From: Fusobacteriaceae bacterium
GTDB taxonomy: Bacteria; Fusobacteriota; Fusobacteriia; Fusobacteriales; Fusobacteriaceae
Length of the DNA stretch: 48,031 bases
Direction of reading: 5' to 3'
NCBI GenBank assembly: GCA_031272775.1
Contig: JAISTB010000031.1
Location: 1-48,031, forward strand
The notes below the pieces were generated by a model, which was given only the letters and a program-made list of their open reading frames with translations, ran no database searches and was not told the origin of the DNA. Both the position numbers and the translations under genes were made by a program. The stretch's first letter is position 1. Every line of letters starts with the position of its first letter. Below, in pieces: positions 18,959-28,340 of the stretch.

Positions 18959-20017
18959 TTATTTCTGATTTGCCTCGCTCTCCTTTTTTGCCGCTCTCTT
19001 TGCTCTTTCTATCATAAAAAGAACATCTGCGTTCTGATTGATGCAATCCACCTTGATTTCAGGGTATTCTCTCCGGAAAATGCGAAAAACTTCATCCGCA
19101 AAGCCCTGCCCAATCATTTTTACGTCTTTAAAATCCAACACAACTTCCTGAAAGTCTTCAATTCTGCGTAAAATTCTCCTGGCTTGCGACCTTGCCATCA
19201 AGACGTCCTCATATTCCTGGGCAAGTCGGATGATGATTTCCGTTTTGCTAAAATCATAGCTTTCTTCGTCAGTGAATTTGTCAAAGATTTCTTTTATGGG
19301 AACAGTCGTGTTTTTCTTTATGGCAAAATAAATTACGCTGCCTTGCACGACTGAGTCAATCAAAGGGTATTCTTCGATTGCTCCAGAAGTTTCACTCAGA
19401 ATGGCTTTTTCGGAACCGGAATAAATGATAAACAAATCGGATGCCTTGGAACTGAAAAAGATCCCCTCACCGGAATGCCTGTGAGGCGAAGAAGTCAGTT
19501 TACCTTTTTTTAGCTCAAATACCACCTCGCCTGCGTTGGCAAGACAATGATCTTTGATAATTTTGTTGAAAATACCGACCCCGTCATCTGCAATAAAAAT
19601 ATTGATACAAAAATAATCTTCGAAATAGCTTATGTCAAGACGGTTCCCGCCGGAATGCTCTATGGCGTTATTGACCATTTCAGAAAAAATGTATAAGATT
19701 TTTTGTTTGACTAAATCCGTTTGTTCTGACAGCAAGGGGAGGATCGCATTTTTATAGATGGCGTCTTCAGACAAGGCGTTCAGATTTTGATACGAAAAAT
19801 GGACATTTTTGAGATCTTTCAGCGCATATTGCTTATTTGTTTTTTGCTTCCCGGCAATAATGAATCCATCGTTTTCCAATTCTATAAGATACGTTCGGAT
19901 TGTCTGACGGCTGATGCCAAATTCCGCTTCAGCTTCAATATACGGCGAACGCTTGTGGTAGATTGCGCTCAGCAAAAATGCTTTGATTTCTGATTTCATT
20001 TTTCGTGATATGCTCAT
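18959..20017 (-). CDS. Fusion protein: N-terminal winged HTH + GHKL (histidine-kinase-like / RsbW-SpoIIAB-like) ATPase + C-terminal STAS-like (DUF4325-like) domain. Low-GC gene.
   Basis: wHTH ISRQTIRTYLIELENDGFI. GHKL N-box/G-box EMVNNAIEHSGG ... ADDGVGIF. C-terminal EVVLDFKDVKMIGQGFADEVFR resembles STAS-like DUF4325. Local GC is about 38-40% against about 60% in the flanks. Confidence 0.6.
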   Translation of the reverse strand: MSISRKMKSEIKAFLLSAIYHKRSPYIEAEAEFGISRQTIRTYLIELENDGFIIAGKQKTNKQYALKDLKNVHFSYQNLNALSEDAIYKNAILPLLSEQTDLVKQKILYIFSEMVNNAIEHSGGNRLDISYFEDYFCINIFIADDGVGIFNKIIKDHCLANAGEVVFELKKGKLTSSPHRHSGEGIFFSSKASDLFIIYSGSEKAILSETSGAIEEYPLIDSVVQGSVIYFAIKKNTTVPIKEIFDKFTDEESYDFSKTEIIIRLAQEYEDVLMARSQARRILRRIEDFQEVVLDFKDVKMIGQGFADEVFRIFRREYPEIKVDCINQNADVLFMIERAKRAAKKESEANQK

Positions 20018-20035
20018 ATTGGCCTCCTTTTCTGT

Positions 20036-20064
20036 ATTTTAGCAGATCCAGGCGGTATTGTAAA
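20036..20064 (-). promoter_or_regulatory. Sigma70-like promoter for the low-GC gene (TTTACA-17-TAAAAT)
   Basis: Read on the minus strand, upstream of the AAAGGAGG RBS and the ATG at 20017. Confidence 0.4.
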
Positions 20065-20103
20065 GATAAAAATATTTATTTTTACTTGTTCCCCACGCCC
20101 CCC

Positions 20104-20877
20104 TCAATTGATAAAGTGCTTCTGCAGCTTTTTCGTCGAAAGGGTCAGGACCACGGAGATCCCGATCAGGAGCACCGACAGCGAATTGATGGCCGGATTG
20201 ACGCCCAGGCGCACCATGGAAAATATCCTGAGCGGCAACGTCGACGAGCCCGGTCCCGAGACAAAAAATGTCGTCACAAAATCATCGAAGGAGAGCGTCA
20301 CGGAAATGAGAAAACCCGACACGATCCCGGGTAGGAGCGCCGGAATCACCACTTTCCCAAGGGTCTGAAGCTCCGAAGCCCCGAGGTCGTAGGCGGCCTC
20401 GATAATCGAGTAATCGAATTCATCCATCCGCGACATAATCAAAAACAGCACATAGGGAATGTTGAAGGTCGTATGGGCAATGAAGATCGTCGTGAGCCCG
20501 AGGCTGAAACGGATCGTGGCGAACATGATCAAGAGCGAGACGCCAAGGATGATTTCCGGGATCATCAGCGGCACATAGGACATGACCCGGATCAGTTTTT
20601 TTCCTGGGAAATCGTGCCACTGGATGGCGATAGCCCCTAAAGTCCCGATGGTCGTCGAGATCAAAGCCGAGGTCGCCGCGATCACGACGCTCCAGCGAAA
20701 GGACGTCCAGATCTCGGCGGAATAGACAAAGAGCTCCCGGTACCATTTGAGGGAGAATCCGCTCCAGACCATGGCCCGGCCTTCATTGAAGGAATAGACC
20801 ACGAGACAGACCAGCGGCAGATAGAAAAAGAGCATGGTCAGGATAAATAGGATTAAAGATGTCCGTCTTTTATTCAT
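20104..20877 (-). CDS. potC: Spermidine/putrescine ABC transporter permease PotC
   Basis: True start MNKRRTSLILF. EAA-like loop EAAYDLGAS. Six TM helices. Confidence 0.85.
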   Translation of the reverse strand: MNKRRTSLILFILTMLFFYLPLVCLVVYSFNEGRAMVWSGFSLKWYRELFVYSAEIWTSFRWSVVIAATSALISTTIGTLGAIAIQWHDFPGKKLIRVMSYVPLMIPEIILGVSLLIMFATIRFSLGLTTIFIAHTTFNIPYVLFLIMSRMDEFDYSIIEAAYDLGASELQTLGKVVIPALLPGIVSGFLISVTLSFDDFVTTFFVSGPGSSTLPLRIFSMVRLGVNPAINSLSVLLIGISVVLTLSTKKLQKHFIN

Positions 20878-21727
20878 CGACCGTCGCCTCCGCCTCCGCC
20901 GCGCTCTTCCGCGAAATTCGCATAAAAAGATAGATCGTAATGCCCGTGACGACAATAAGGCCGCCGGAAATGACCGAGGCCAGGGGCCAGTTGCGGGTCG
21001 TCAGCAGATGCTGCGCGATGAGGTTCCCCAGCATGATGCTCTGCGTTCCTCCGACGAGCCTCGGGACCGCGTAGGATCCGAGACTGGGAATAAAAGTAAA
21101 CAAGACGGCCGTAATGACGCCGGCCTTGATATTCGGCAAAAAAACCTTGAAAAAAGCCTGTCCGTTGGTCATGCCGAGATCCCGGGCCGCCTCGATCAAC
21201 GTAAAGTCAAATTTTTCGATTACCGCGTAGAGCGGCAGGATCGCGAAGGGGAGGTCCGTATAAACGGATATCACAATGACGGCCGCCATGTTGTACAACA
21301 GTTGCAAGGGCTCTTTGATGAGCCCGCTTTTGAGGAGAAGACTGTTGACGAGGCCGTTATTCCCGAGGATGGCCACCCAGGAATAAATCCGGATCAAAAA
21401 ATTTGTCCAGAAGGGAATGATAATGAGAAAAAGAAATTCCTGCTTGTGATTGCTCCGGGCGATGAAATAGGCCGAGGGAATCGCGAGAACCACGGTAAAA
21501 AACGTGATGAAAATGGAAATCAGAATCGTCCGGCCCAGCACAATCAAAAAAACGTGGTCCTTGAAGACCGAGAAGGCCTGCAGGGAAAATTCCAGCTCCA
21601 CGCCGCCGTAGAGTCCCTTTTTCAAAAACGCGTACACCAGGACGACGGCCATGGGGATCATAAAAAAGATCACAAGCCAAACCGTCAGCGGCAGCGCGTA
21701 AAATATCCCGTATTTATCTTTATTCAC
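20870..21727 (-). CDS. potB: Spermidine/putrescine ABC transporter permease PotB
   Basis: GTG start overlaps the potA stop. EAARDLGMTNGQAFFKV loop. Confidence 0.85.
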   Translation of the reverse strand: MNKDKYGIFYALPLTVWLVIFFMIPMAVVLVYAFLKKGLYGGVELEFSLQAFSVFKDHVFLIVLGRTILISIFITFFTVVLAIPSAYFIARSNHKQEFLFLIIIPFWTNFLIRIYSWVAILGNNGLVNSLLLKSGLIKEPLQLLYNMAAVIVISVYTDLPFAILPLYAVIEKFDFTLIEAARDLGMTNGQAFFKVFLPNIKAGVITAVLFTFIPSLGSYAVPRLVGGTQSIMLGNLIAQHLLTTRNWPLASVISGGLIVVTGITIYLFMRISRKSAAEAEATVDE

Positions 21728-22847
21728 GGCCCGTCACCTCCACAAGGAAGCCATCGTCGGCGTCCCAGTAGACCCAGGCTTCTTCGTCCCACCATACGAC
21801 GTCTTCGTCTTCCTCGTCAAAATAAATGGCGTGCTGCTTGAAGATCTTGAAGGGCATTTCCTTGTCCCCTTCCATCCAGACGAAGTATTTGCTCTGAAAG
21901 CCTGAGTAAATGACCTCGTGGACGAAGGCCCGGGCCACGTTGAGGATCTTGTCGGTCTGCGGGGGACTCATCTTGGAAAGTTTCAATTTTTCAGGCCGGA
22001 TCGACACCCGGACCCGATCCCCCACCCGGACGGGCTTGTCCATTTCTATGGTGATCTCGCCGAGGGTCTTGTTCTTGAGCCGGGCAAAGCGTTCGTCAAT
22101 GAGGGACACAATTTCCCCCTCAAAGAAATTGTTCTCACCCAAAAAGTCCGCAACGAACGAATCCGAGGGCGCTTCATAGACTTCGGCAGGCGTCCCCACC
22201 TGGAGGACGTTTCCCTCGTTCATGACCGCGATCCGGTCGGAAATCGAAAGGGCCTCCTGCTGGTCGTGAGTGATGAAGATAAACGTGATCCCCACTTCGT
22301 CATGAATATTGTCGATTTCGATCAGGAGATTCTGCCTGAGCTTGGCGTCCAGGGCCGAGAGCGGCTCGTCCAGCAGCAGGACCCCGGGTTTGTTGATCAG
22401 GGCCCGGGCGATGGCGACCCGCTGTTGCTGCCCGCCAGAGAGCTGGTTGGGCTTTTTGTTCACATGCTCGTTGAGGCCGACGAGATCGATGTATTTTCTC
22501 ACTTCCTCATCGATTTCCCTGCGGCCGAGCTTCTTGATCCGCAGGGCGAAAGCGATGTTTTCATAGACCGTCAGGTGTGGAAACAACGCGTATTTTTGAA
22601 AGATCGTATTGACATTGCGCCGGTTGGGCGGCAAACCCAGGATGTTTTCGTTCCCGAGGTAGATGGCCCCCGAGTCGGGCGTGATAAAACCGGCGATCAT
22701 CCGCAAAAGCGTCGTCTTCCCACAGCCCGAAGGGCCCAAAATCGTAAAAAATTCCCCGTCCTCAATCGTCAGGTTGATGTCGTTCAAAACCTTTACCCCG
22801 TCAAAACTCTTGTTCACATGCTCGATTCTGATGTCGTTTTTTCCCAA
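21720..22847 (-). CDS. potA: Spermidine/putrescine ABC transporter ATP-binding protein PotA
   Basis: GPSGCGKTT Walker [17 protein letters not shown]-terminal TOBE-like regulatory domain. TTG start after GAGGAGG. Confidence 0.85.
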   Translation of the reverse strand: MGKNDIRIEHVNKSFDGVKVLNDINLTIEDGEFFTILGPSGCGKTTLLRMIAGFITPDSGAIYLGNENILGLPPNRRNVNTIFQKYALFPHLTVYENIAFALRIKKLGRREIDEEVRKYIDLVGLNEHVNKKPNQLSGGQQQRVAIARALINKPGVLLLDEPLSALDAKLRQNLLIEIDNIHDEVGITFIFITHDQQEALSISDRIAVMNEGNVLQVGTPAEVYEAPSDSFVADFLGENNFFEGEIVSLIDERFARLKNKTLGEITIEMDKPVRVGDRVRVSIRPEKLKLSKMSPPQTDKILNVARAFVHEVIYSGFQSKYFVWMEGDKEMPFKIFKQHAIYFDEEDEDVVWWDEEAWVYWDADDGFLVEVTGRE

Positions 22848-23076
22848 TTTATCCCCTTTACCTCCTCTGTTGCACGTTTCATAAGATGTGATACTGACTT
22901 ATTATACCATATTTTCCCGTGTTTTTACAGGGAAAAGATGTTGAGACGGGATATTTCAAAAAAATCCGCTTTTGCCATTGAATAATCCCGGAAAATGTTG
23001 TATTATTGTAGCAGAAATTTGAAATCTTTTTTTGTTGTCCCTGTGATGAAGAGAAAAGTAAAAAACGGAGGTCCCT

Positions 23077-26000
23077 ATGAAAAAGTATTTCCTGCTGTTG
23101 ATGCTGATCCTGCTGCTGGCATGCGGAAAAAAAGAGCAGGCGCCCCAAAGCGATACGCCGCCGGCGACAGCCGCCGTACAGACCGTGACGTCCGAAGCCC
23201 CCAAGACCGAAGCCGCGACGACCGCCGATGAAAAGAAAGAAGAACCGAAAGCGGAAACGACGGCGGAAAAGCCTGCCGAGCCCCGGGTCTCGGAAGCGCC
23301 CGCCATTGCGGCAAATCAGGATAAACCGGCCGAAGCCGCGACGACCGCCGTTGCCGCCGAGCCCGCGCCCAGCCCCAAGGGCGAAGACACCACCCCGCGG
23401 GTGGCTTTTATCGGCGGAGACCGGTCCGGAGACGGGGCCTCCGTGGAGATTGTCCTCACGAAGCCTGTCAAAGACGGCTTTGACCCCTCCGCCTACGTCC
23501 GGGTCGTGGACGCCGTCGACGGGACCGCGCTTACGGTCAAGACCGCCGTCTTCAAGGATACGATCAAGCTCATGGGCGGTTTTGAAACGGACAGAGAATA
23601 TACGGTCACGGTCCTTGCCGGAATTCCCGCGGCCGATGAGACGAAGCTGAGCGCGGACGTTACGGAAAACGTAAAATTTTCCGAACGGGAACCGCGGATC
23701 GCCTTTTTGAATGAAGGGATTCTGCTGCCCTCCACGGCGGACCGCTCGATTATCCTCCGGACCATGAACGTCACCAAGGTCGACGTCAAAGTCTGGAAAG
23801 TCTTTGAGAACAATTTTACGCAGTATCTGCACAATTTCCATTTCAAGAGCAACGGCATGAACGGCTACGGCAACAATCTGCTCGCGGATTACAACCTCGC
23901 GCAGGTGGCCGAGGAAATCGCCGTCAAGAGCTTTACGATCAACAATAACAAAAACAAGTGGGTGCAGAGCGCCCTTGATCTGCGCGGTATCATCGACGGC
24001 AAGGGACTGTATCTCTTGAGCGTCTCCTTTCCCCGGGACGGCGTCAGCTATGAGTTTCCCGAGGATTTGCCCGAATGGCGGCGGGACAGCTTCTTTTACC
24101 GGGGGGTCGTCAGCAAGGCCATTCTTTTGACCGACGTGGCCCTGATCGCGCAAAAGGACGGCGGCGGCAAAATTTTCGTGAGCGCCATGGACATCGTGAA
24201 AAACGAGCCCGCGCCGGGCGCCAAAATCAGTCTCGTCAGCGCCACGAACCAACTCCTGGGGGAAAAACTCTCCGACGGGGACGGCAACGTCGTCTTTACC
24301 GACAACACGAAAAACGCCTTCTATGTGGTCGCCGAATATGACGACAAAAAATCCCTGCTGAAGCTAAACGATCCGCTCTCCATGGACGGCTTCAAGGTCG
24401 GGGGCCAGACGGCGACCGAAGGACTCAAGGCCTTCGTCTATACGGAGCGGGGCGTTTACCGGCCCGGCGATCCCATTCACATCGGCATTGTCGCCCGGAA
24501 TGAGAAAAGCGTTCTCCCCGACGACCATCCGGTCAAAGTGACGGTCTACACGCCCACAGGCGCCAAATATATCGAAGACGCCGTGATTCCCTCGGGCAAA
24601 AACGGCTTCTATACCTGGGAATTTTCGACGAAGACCTCGGACAATACGGGCATCTGGAAACTGGTCGCCACGATCGGCAGCCATACGGTCACCAAGGAAA
24701 TCATGGTCGAGACCGTCGTGCCCAACAAAATCCAGAATACGCTGACGGCGCCTGAATCCATTACCGGCGACGCGAAGCTCCTCGACTGGAGCATAGATTC
24801 CAAATACCTCTTCGGCTCTCCCGCGGCGGGACTTGTCGCCGAAGGAGACATCATCATCACCGAAGCGCCGGCGGATTTTGAAAACTATAAAAACTACGCC
24901 TTTTCCGCGCCGGGAACTTATTTTTACGCCACCTATGACAACTTTACGGGATTCCTTGACGAAAACGGACACGTCGATATTCAGACGAACCTCGAAAATA
25001 TCCAGTACCGCTCCCTCAACGTCCACGTACAGCTGGTGGCGCGGGTTCTGGAAGAAAGCGGACGGCCCGTCCGGACGCAAAAAGTCGTCCTGGTGAAAAA
25101 ATTTGACTCCTATGTGGGCATAGAGCGGAACAACCGCTATCTGGGCAATAACGCCCCCGTCAACATCAAAGTCATCACGCCTGCGACCGACGGGGAAAAA
25201 CTCGTCGCGGGCCGCAATTTAGAATATCGCGTTTACTACAACCGCTATTCCTGGTGGTGGGATTACAGCAACTTTGACGACTTCATCCGGAGCATCAAGG
25301 ACGACAAGGAGACGGAACTCGTGGAGACAAAGGACTTCACCTCCACGGAAGATCCCTACGTGATCGGCTTCGTTCCCGAATATGAAGGCGAATACTATGT
25401 GGAAGTCACGGATCTCGATTCCAATCAGGTCACAGGGACGTCCTTCTACGCCTCCGACTGGACGGATCCCGCCAACGTCGTCAAGCTGGACGGGCTCCGG
25501 ATCTCGACGGACAAGGCCAAATACCGCTCCGGGGAAAAGGCCGTCGTGACCTTCGAGGGGACAAAGGGCGCGAAGGCCCTCGTCGCCATTGAACAAAACG
25601 GAAAGATCGTCAAGCGCTTCCTCAAATCCATCGGCGAGGGCGCGGTCAAAGAAGAGATCGACCTCGAAAAATCCATGGCCCCCAATATCTATGTACATGT
25701 GTCCCTCCTGCAGGATTACGCGCGGAAAAACGACCGCTCCCTGCGGCTCTACGGGACAGTCCCGGTCCTCATCGAGGATGAGGACACAAAGCTCAACCTC
25801 TCCCTTGAGGCCCCCGATTCCGTGCGGCCCAACGAGACCTTTACCGTAAAAATCACCAACGACAAAAACAAAAAAGCCGAATACACCGTCGCCGTGGTGG
25901 ACGAAGGGCTTCTGGATCTGACGGCTTTCCAGACCCCGGATCCCTGGACCTTCTTCTATCAGAAAACAGCGTCTCTGCTGCGCCAATACGACAACTACGG

Positions 26001-28224
26001 CAGCATCATGGACAGACCCTGGGGCGACATTCACCAGATCCTCAAGGTGGGCGGCGAAGTCATGGCCATGGCGGAAGCTTCAAGGGCGCGAAAGGCGGAC
26101 CTCGGCTTTGAGGATGAAAACCGCTTCAAGCCCGTAGCCCTGTGGCAGGGCGTCCTTAGTACAAATGAAAAGGGCGAGGGTGAGGTCGCCTTCACGATGC
26201 CAAACTACATGGGCTCCGTCCGGATCATGGTCGTCGCGGCCCAGGGGGCTTCCTACGGCAGCGCCGAAAAGACCATGACCGTCAAGGCCCCCGTGGTCGT
26301 GCTGGAATCTCTCCCGCGGACGCTCAAGGTCGGCGACGAATTTATCTTCCCGGTCAAGGTCTTCGCCCTCGAGGAGAATATCGGCGACATCGAAGTTTAT
26401 TATTCCTTTAACGGCAAGCGCCAGAGCCAGACCGTCAATCTCGAAAAGGGCAAAGACACGACGGTATTCTTCCGGGAGAAAATCGATCCCCGGGCGGGCC
26501 TGAATCAGGTCGCCATCGGCGTCAAAAGCGCCGCCTATGACCACGAGGAGACCGTGGGCATGGCCGTCAACTCCAACGCGCTTCCGATCTATGAGAGTCA
26601 ATATGTGGTGACGACGGACAACACTCCGGCCGCTTTCAGCCAGAAACACGACTATGTGGGCAATACGGTCGCGAGCTACGTGACGATCTCCAATACGCCG
26701 ATCCTCGGCATCGATCAGCGGCTCCGCTGGCTGATCCAGTATCCCTACGGCTGCGTGGAACAGACGACGTCCGCCGCCATGCCGCAGCTTTTCATTGACC
26801 GGCTCATGACCCCGGGCGCCTGGGACAAAAAAGAGGTCCTCAAAAACATCAACGCGGGCGTCAACCGGCTCTGCACGCAGTTCCAGCGCTCTGACGGCGG
26901 CTTTTCCTACTGGCCCGGCGAAAGTTCCGTCGACGACTGGGGAACGGCCTGGGCGGCCACGTTCCTGATCAACGCGCGGAAAATGGGTTATTATGTGCCC
27001 GAAAATTCCTGGAACCGGCTGATCAAATACCTGACGCGGCAAGTCCGCGAGCGGAAAGGCGGCCGTTACGCCTCCACAGACAGAACTTCGGCAAATTACT
27101 ATTTGCAGACGCGGACCTTTACGCTCTATCTGCTGGCGCTGGCAGGAAATCCGCTCCTCAGTGAAATGAACTACACCTGGGCCAATGAAACGGCTGATTT
27201 GAGCCCATTCGCCAAGCTCTATCTCGCCGCGGCCTACAAGCTCGCCGGCGAAGACAATACGGCAAAGGAAATCTTCGCCAAATCCGAAATCAAAGAGACG
27301 CTGGCCAAAACGGACCGATCGACGGACCATTACCGCTACACCTACGGCTCCAACCTCTGCGACATGGGCGTTTATCTCCATCTCTACCACACGATACACG
27401 GCGAGGTGGATCAGAATATGCTCGATGACGTCTTGGGCTTACTGAGATCAGGCGCCTGGTACAACACCCAGGGCACGGCCTGGGCGCTTTTGGCCCTGTC
27501 CGACATCACCGCCAACAACAGCGACAAAGCCCTCAAGGGCACGATCACCATGGACGGCGTCGCGACTTCCTACGAAGGGAACGGACAGACCCGGGTCACG
27601 ATCCCCGAAACGATCCGGGAGATCGTCGTGACCCCCGAAGCCCGAGGCAACAGTTTCATCAGCTACTACTGGGAAGGGACGCCCCTCAACGAGGAGACCG
27701 CCAACATCGTCAAGGGCTTTACGCTGGAGCGTAAGTACTACGACAAAGACGGAAATCCTTTCAATCCGCGGGAAGCGGAGTCCGGAAAAACCTTCTGGCT
27801 CGAGATCCTCGTCAACAGCGACAGCAACAACCGCTATCTCGTCGTGGACAACGTGGCCCTGACACAGATCCTGCCCACGGGCTGGGAGATCGAAAACACG
27901 CGACTGACCGGGGAGCCATACCCCGAGTGGATCCGAAACAAATTGAGCGGCGTCGAAGACTACGCGCGCTATACGGATATCCGCGACGACAGGATCATCT
28001 GGTTCTTCGACTATGATACCTATCGCTACGGCAACAACGGCGTCTACCGCTTCTTCGTCAAGATCAACGCCGTGACCCGGGGCGTCTTCGACTTCCCCGG
28101 CACAAAACTGGAAGCCATGTATGACAACAACTACCGCTCCTACCTCAACGGCTACCCCGTCCGGGTCGTAGACAAAAACATCCCCTTGGATGAAAAAAAT
28201 CCGGACAGCAACACACCACTATGA
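23077..28224 (+). CDS. Bacterial alpha-2-macroglobulin (lipoprotein; thioester-containing protease trap)
   Basis: 1715 aa. Lipobox LLLACGKKE. Thioester motif GCVEQT (YPYGCVEQTTSAA). Typical A2M domain spacing, with a PBP1C gene downstream. Confidence 0.9.
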   Translation: MKKYFLLLMLILLLACGKKEQAPQSDTPPATAAVQTVTSEAPKTEAATTADEKKEEPKAETTAEKPAEPRVSEAPAIAANQDKPAEAATTAVAAEPAPSPKGEDTTPRVAFIGGDRSGDGASVEIVLTKPVKDGFDPSAYVRVVDAVDGTALTVKTAVFKDTIKLMGGFETDREYTVTVLAGIPAADETKLSADVTENVKFSEREPRIAFLNEGILLPSTADRSIILRTMNVTKVDVKVWKVFENNFTQYLHNFHFKSNGMNGYGNNLLADYNLAQVAEEIAVKSFTINNNKNKWVQSALDLRGIIDGKGLYLLSVSFPRDGVSYEFPEDLPEWRRDSFFYRGVVSKAILLTDVALIAQKDGGGKIFVSAMDIVKNEPAPGAKISLVSATNQLLGEKLSDGDGNVVFTDNTKNAFYVVAEYDDKKSLLKLNDPLSMDGFKVGGQTATEGLKAFVYTERGVYRPGDPIHIGIVARNEKSVLPDDHPVKVTVYTPTGAKYIEDAVIPSGKNGFYTWEFSTKTSDNTGIWKLVATIGSHTVTKEIMVETVVPNKIQNTLTAPESITGDAKLLDWSIDSKYLFGSPAAGLVAEGDIIITEAPADFENYKNYAFSAPGTYFYATYDNFTGFLDENGHVDIQTNLENIQYRSLNVHVQLVARVLEESGRPVRTQKVVLVKKFDSYVGIERNNRYLGNNAPVNIKVITPATDGEKLVAGRNLEYRVYYNRYSWWWDYSNFDDFIRSIKDDKETELVETKDFTSTEDPYVIGFVPEYEGEYYVEVTDLDSNQVTGTSFYASDWTDPANVVKLDGLRISTDKAKYRSGEKAVVTFEGTKGAKALVAIEQNGKIVKRFLKSIGEGAVKEEIDLEKSMAPNIYVHVSLLQDYARKNDRSLRLYGTVPVLIEDEDTKLNLSLEAPDSVRPNETFTVKITNDKNKKAEYTVAVVDEGLLDLTAFQTPDPWTFFYQKTASLLRQYDNYGSIMDRPWGDIHQILKVGGEVMAMAEASRARKADLGFEDENRFKPVALWQGVLSTNEKGEGEVAFTMPNYMGSVRIMVVAAQGASYGSAEKTMTVKAPVVVLESLPRTLKVGDEFIFPVKVFALEENIGDIEVYYSFNGKRQSQTVNLEKGKDTTVFFREKIDPRAGLNQVAIGVKSAAYDHEETVGMAVNSNALPIYESQYVVTTDNTPAAFSQKHDYVGNTVASYVTISNTPILGIDQRLRWLIQYPYGCVEQTTSAAMPQLFIDRLMTPGAWDKKEVLKNINAGVNRLCTQFQRSDGGFSYWPGESSVDDWGTAWAATFLINARKMGYYVPENSWNRLIKYLTRQVRERKGGRYASTDRTSANYYLQTRTFTLYLLALAGNPLLSEMNYTWANETADLSPFAKLYLAAAYKLAGEDNTAKEIFAKSEIKETLAKTDRSTDHYRYTYGSNLCDMGVYLHLYHTIHGEVDQNMLDDVLGLLRSGAWYNTQGTAWALLALSDITANNSDKALKGTITMDGVATSYEGNGQTRVTIPETIREIVVTPEARGNSFISYYWEGTPLNEETANIVKGFTLERKYYDKDGNPFNPREAESGKTFWLEILVNSDSNNRYLVVDNVALTQILPTGWEIENTRLTGEPYPEWIRNKLSGVEDYARYTDIRDDRIIWFFDYDTYRYGNNGVYRFFVKINAVTRGVFDFPGTKLEAMYDNNYRSYLNGYPVRVVDKNIPLDEKNPDSNTPL

Positions 28225-28259
28225 ATACAGGATAAACAACGATTACAGGAGTTGAAAAC

Positions 28260-28311
28260 GTGATTGACAATGAAACCCTGATTTGATGAATCATGGTTTC
28301 ACGTCAATCAC
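28260..28311 (+). promoter_or_regulatory. Inverted-repeat operator/promoter element upstream of the SPFH module
   Basis: GTGATTGACAATGAAACC-N17-GGTTTCACGTCAATCAC (17/18 complementary). The left arm contains the perfect -35 hexamer TTGACA. It lies 30 nt upstream of the SPFH start codon. Confidence 0.4.
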
Positions 28312-28340
28312 ATAAATCATAGTCACAGGAGGAATATCGC

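Noticed and set aside
20834-22985. Plus-strand ORFs (335 aa, 355 aa) antisense to potB/potA
   Set aside because: Spurious GC-rich antisense frames. potA/potB motifs are unambiguous on the minus strand.
22879-24252. 457-aa minus-strand ORF overlapping the A2M 5' end (also 24364..25080, 25219..26034, 26080..27399 antisense to A2M)
   Set aside because: Arg/Gly/Pro-rich composition typical of spurious antisense ORFs in GC-rich DNA. The plus-strand A2M has a lipobox, thioester motif and partner pbpC.
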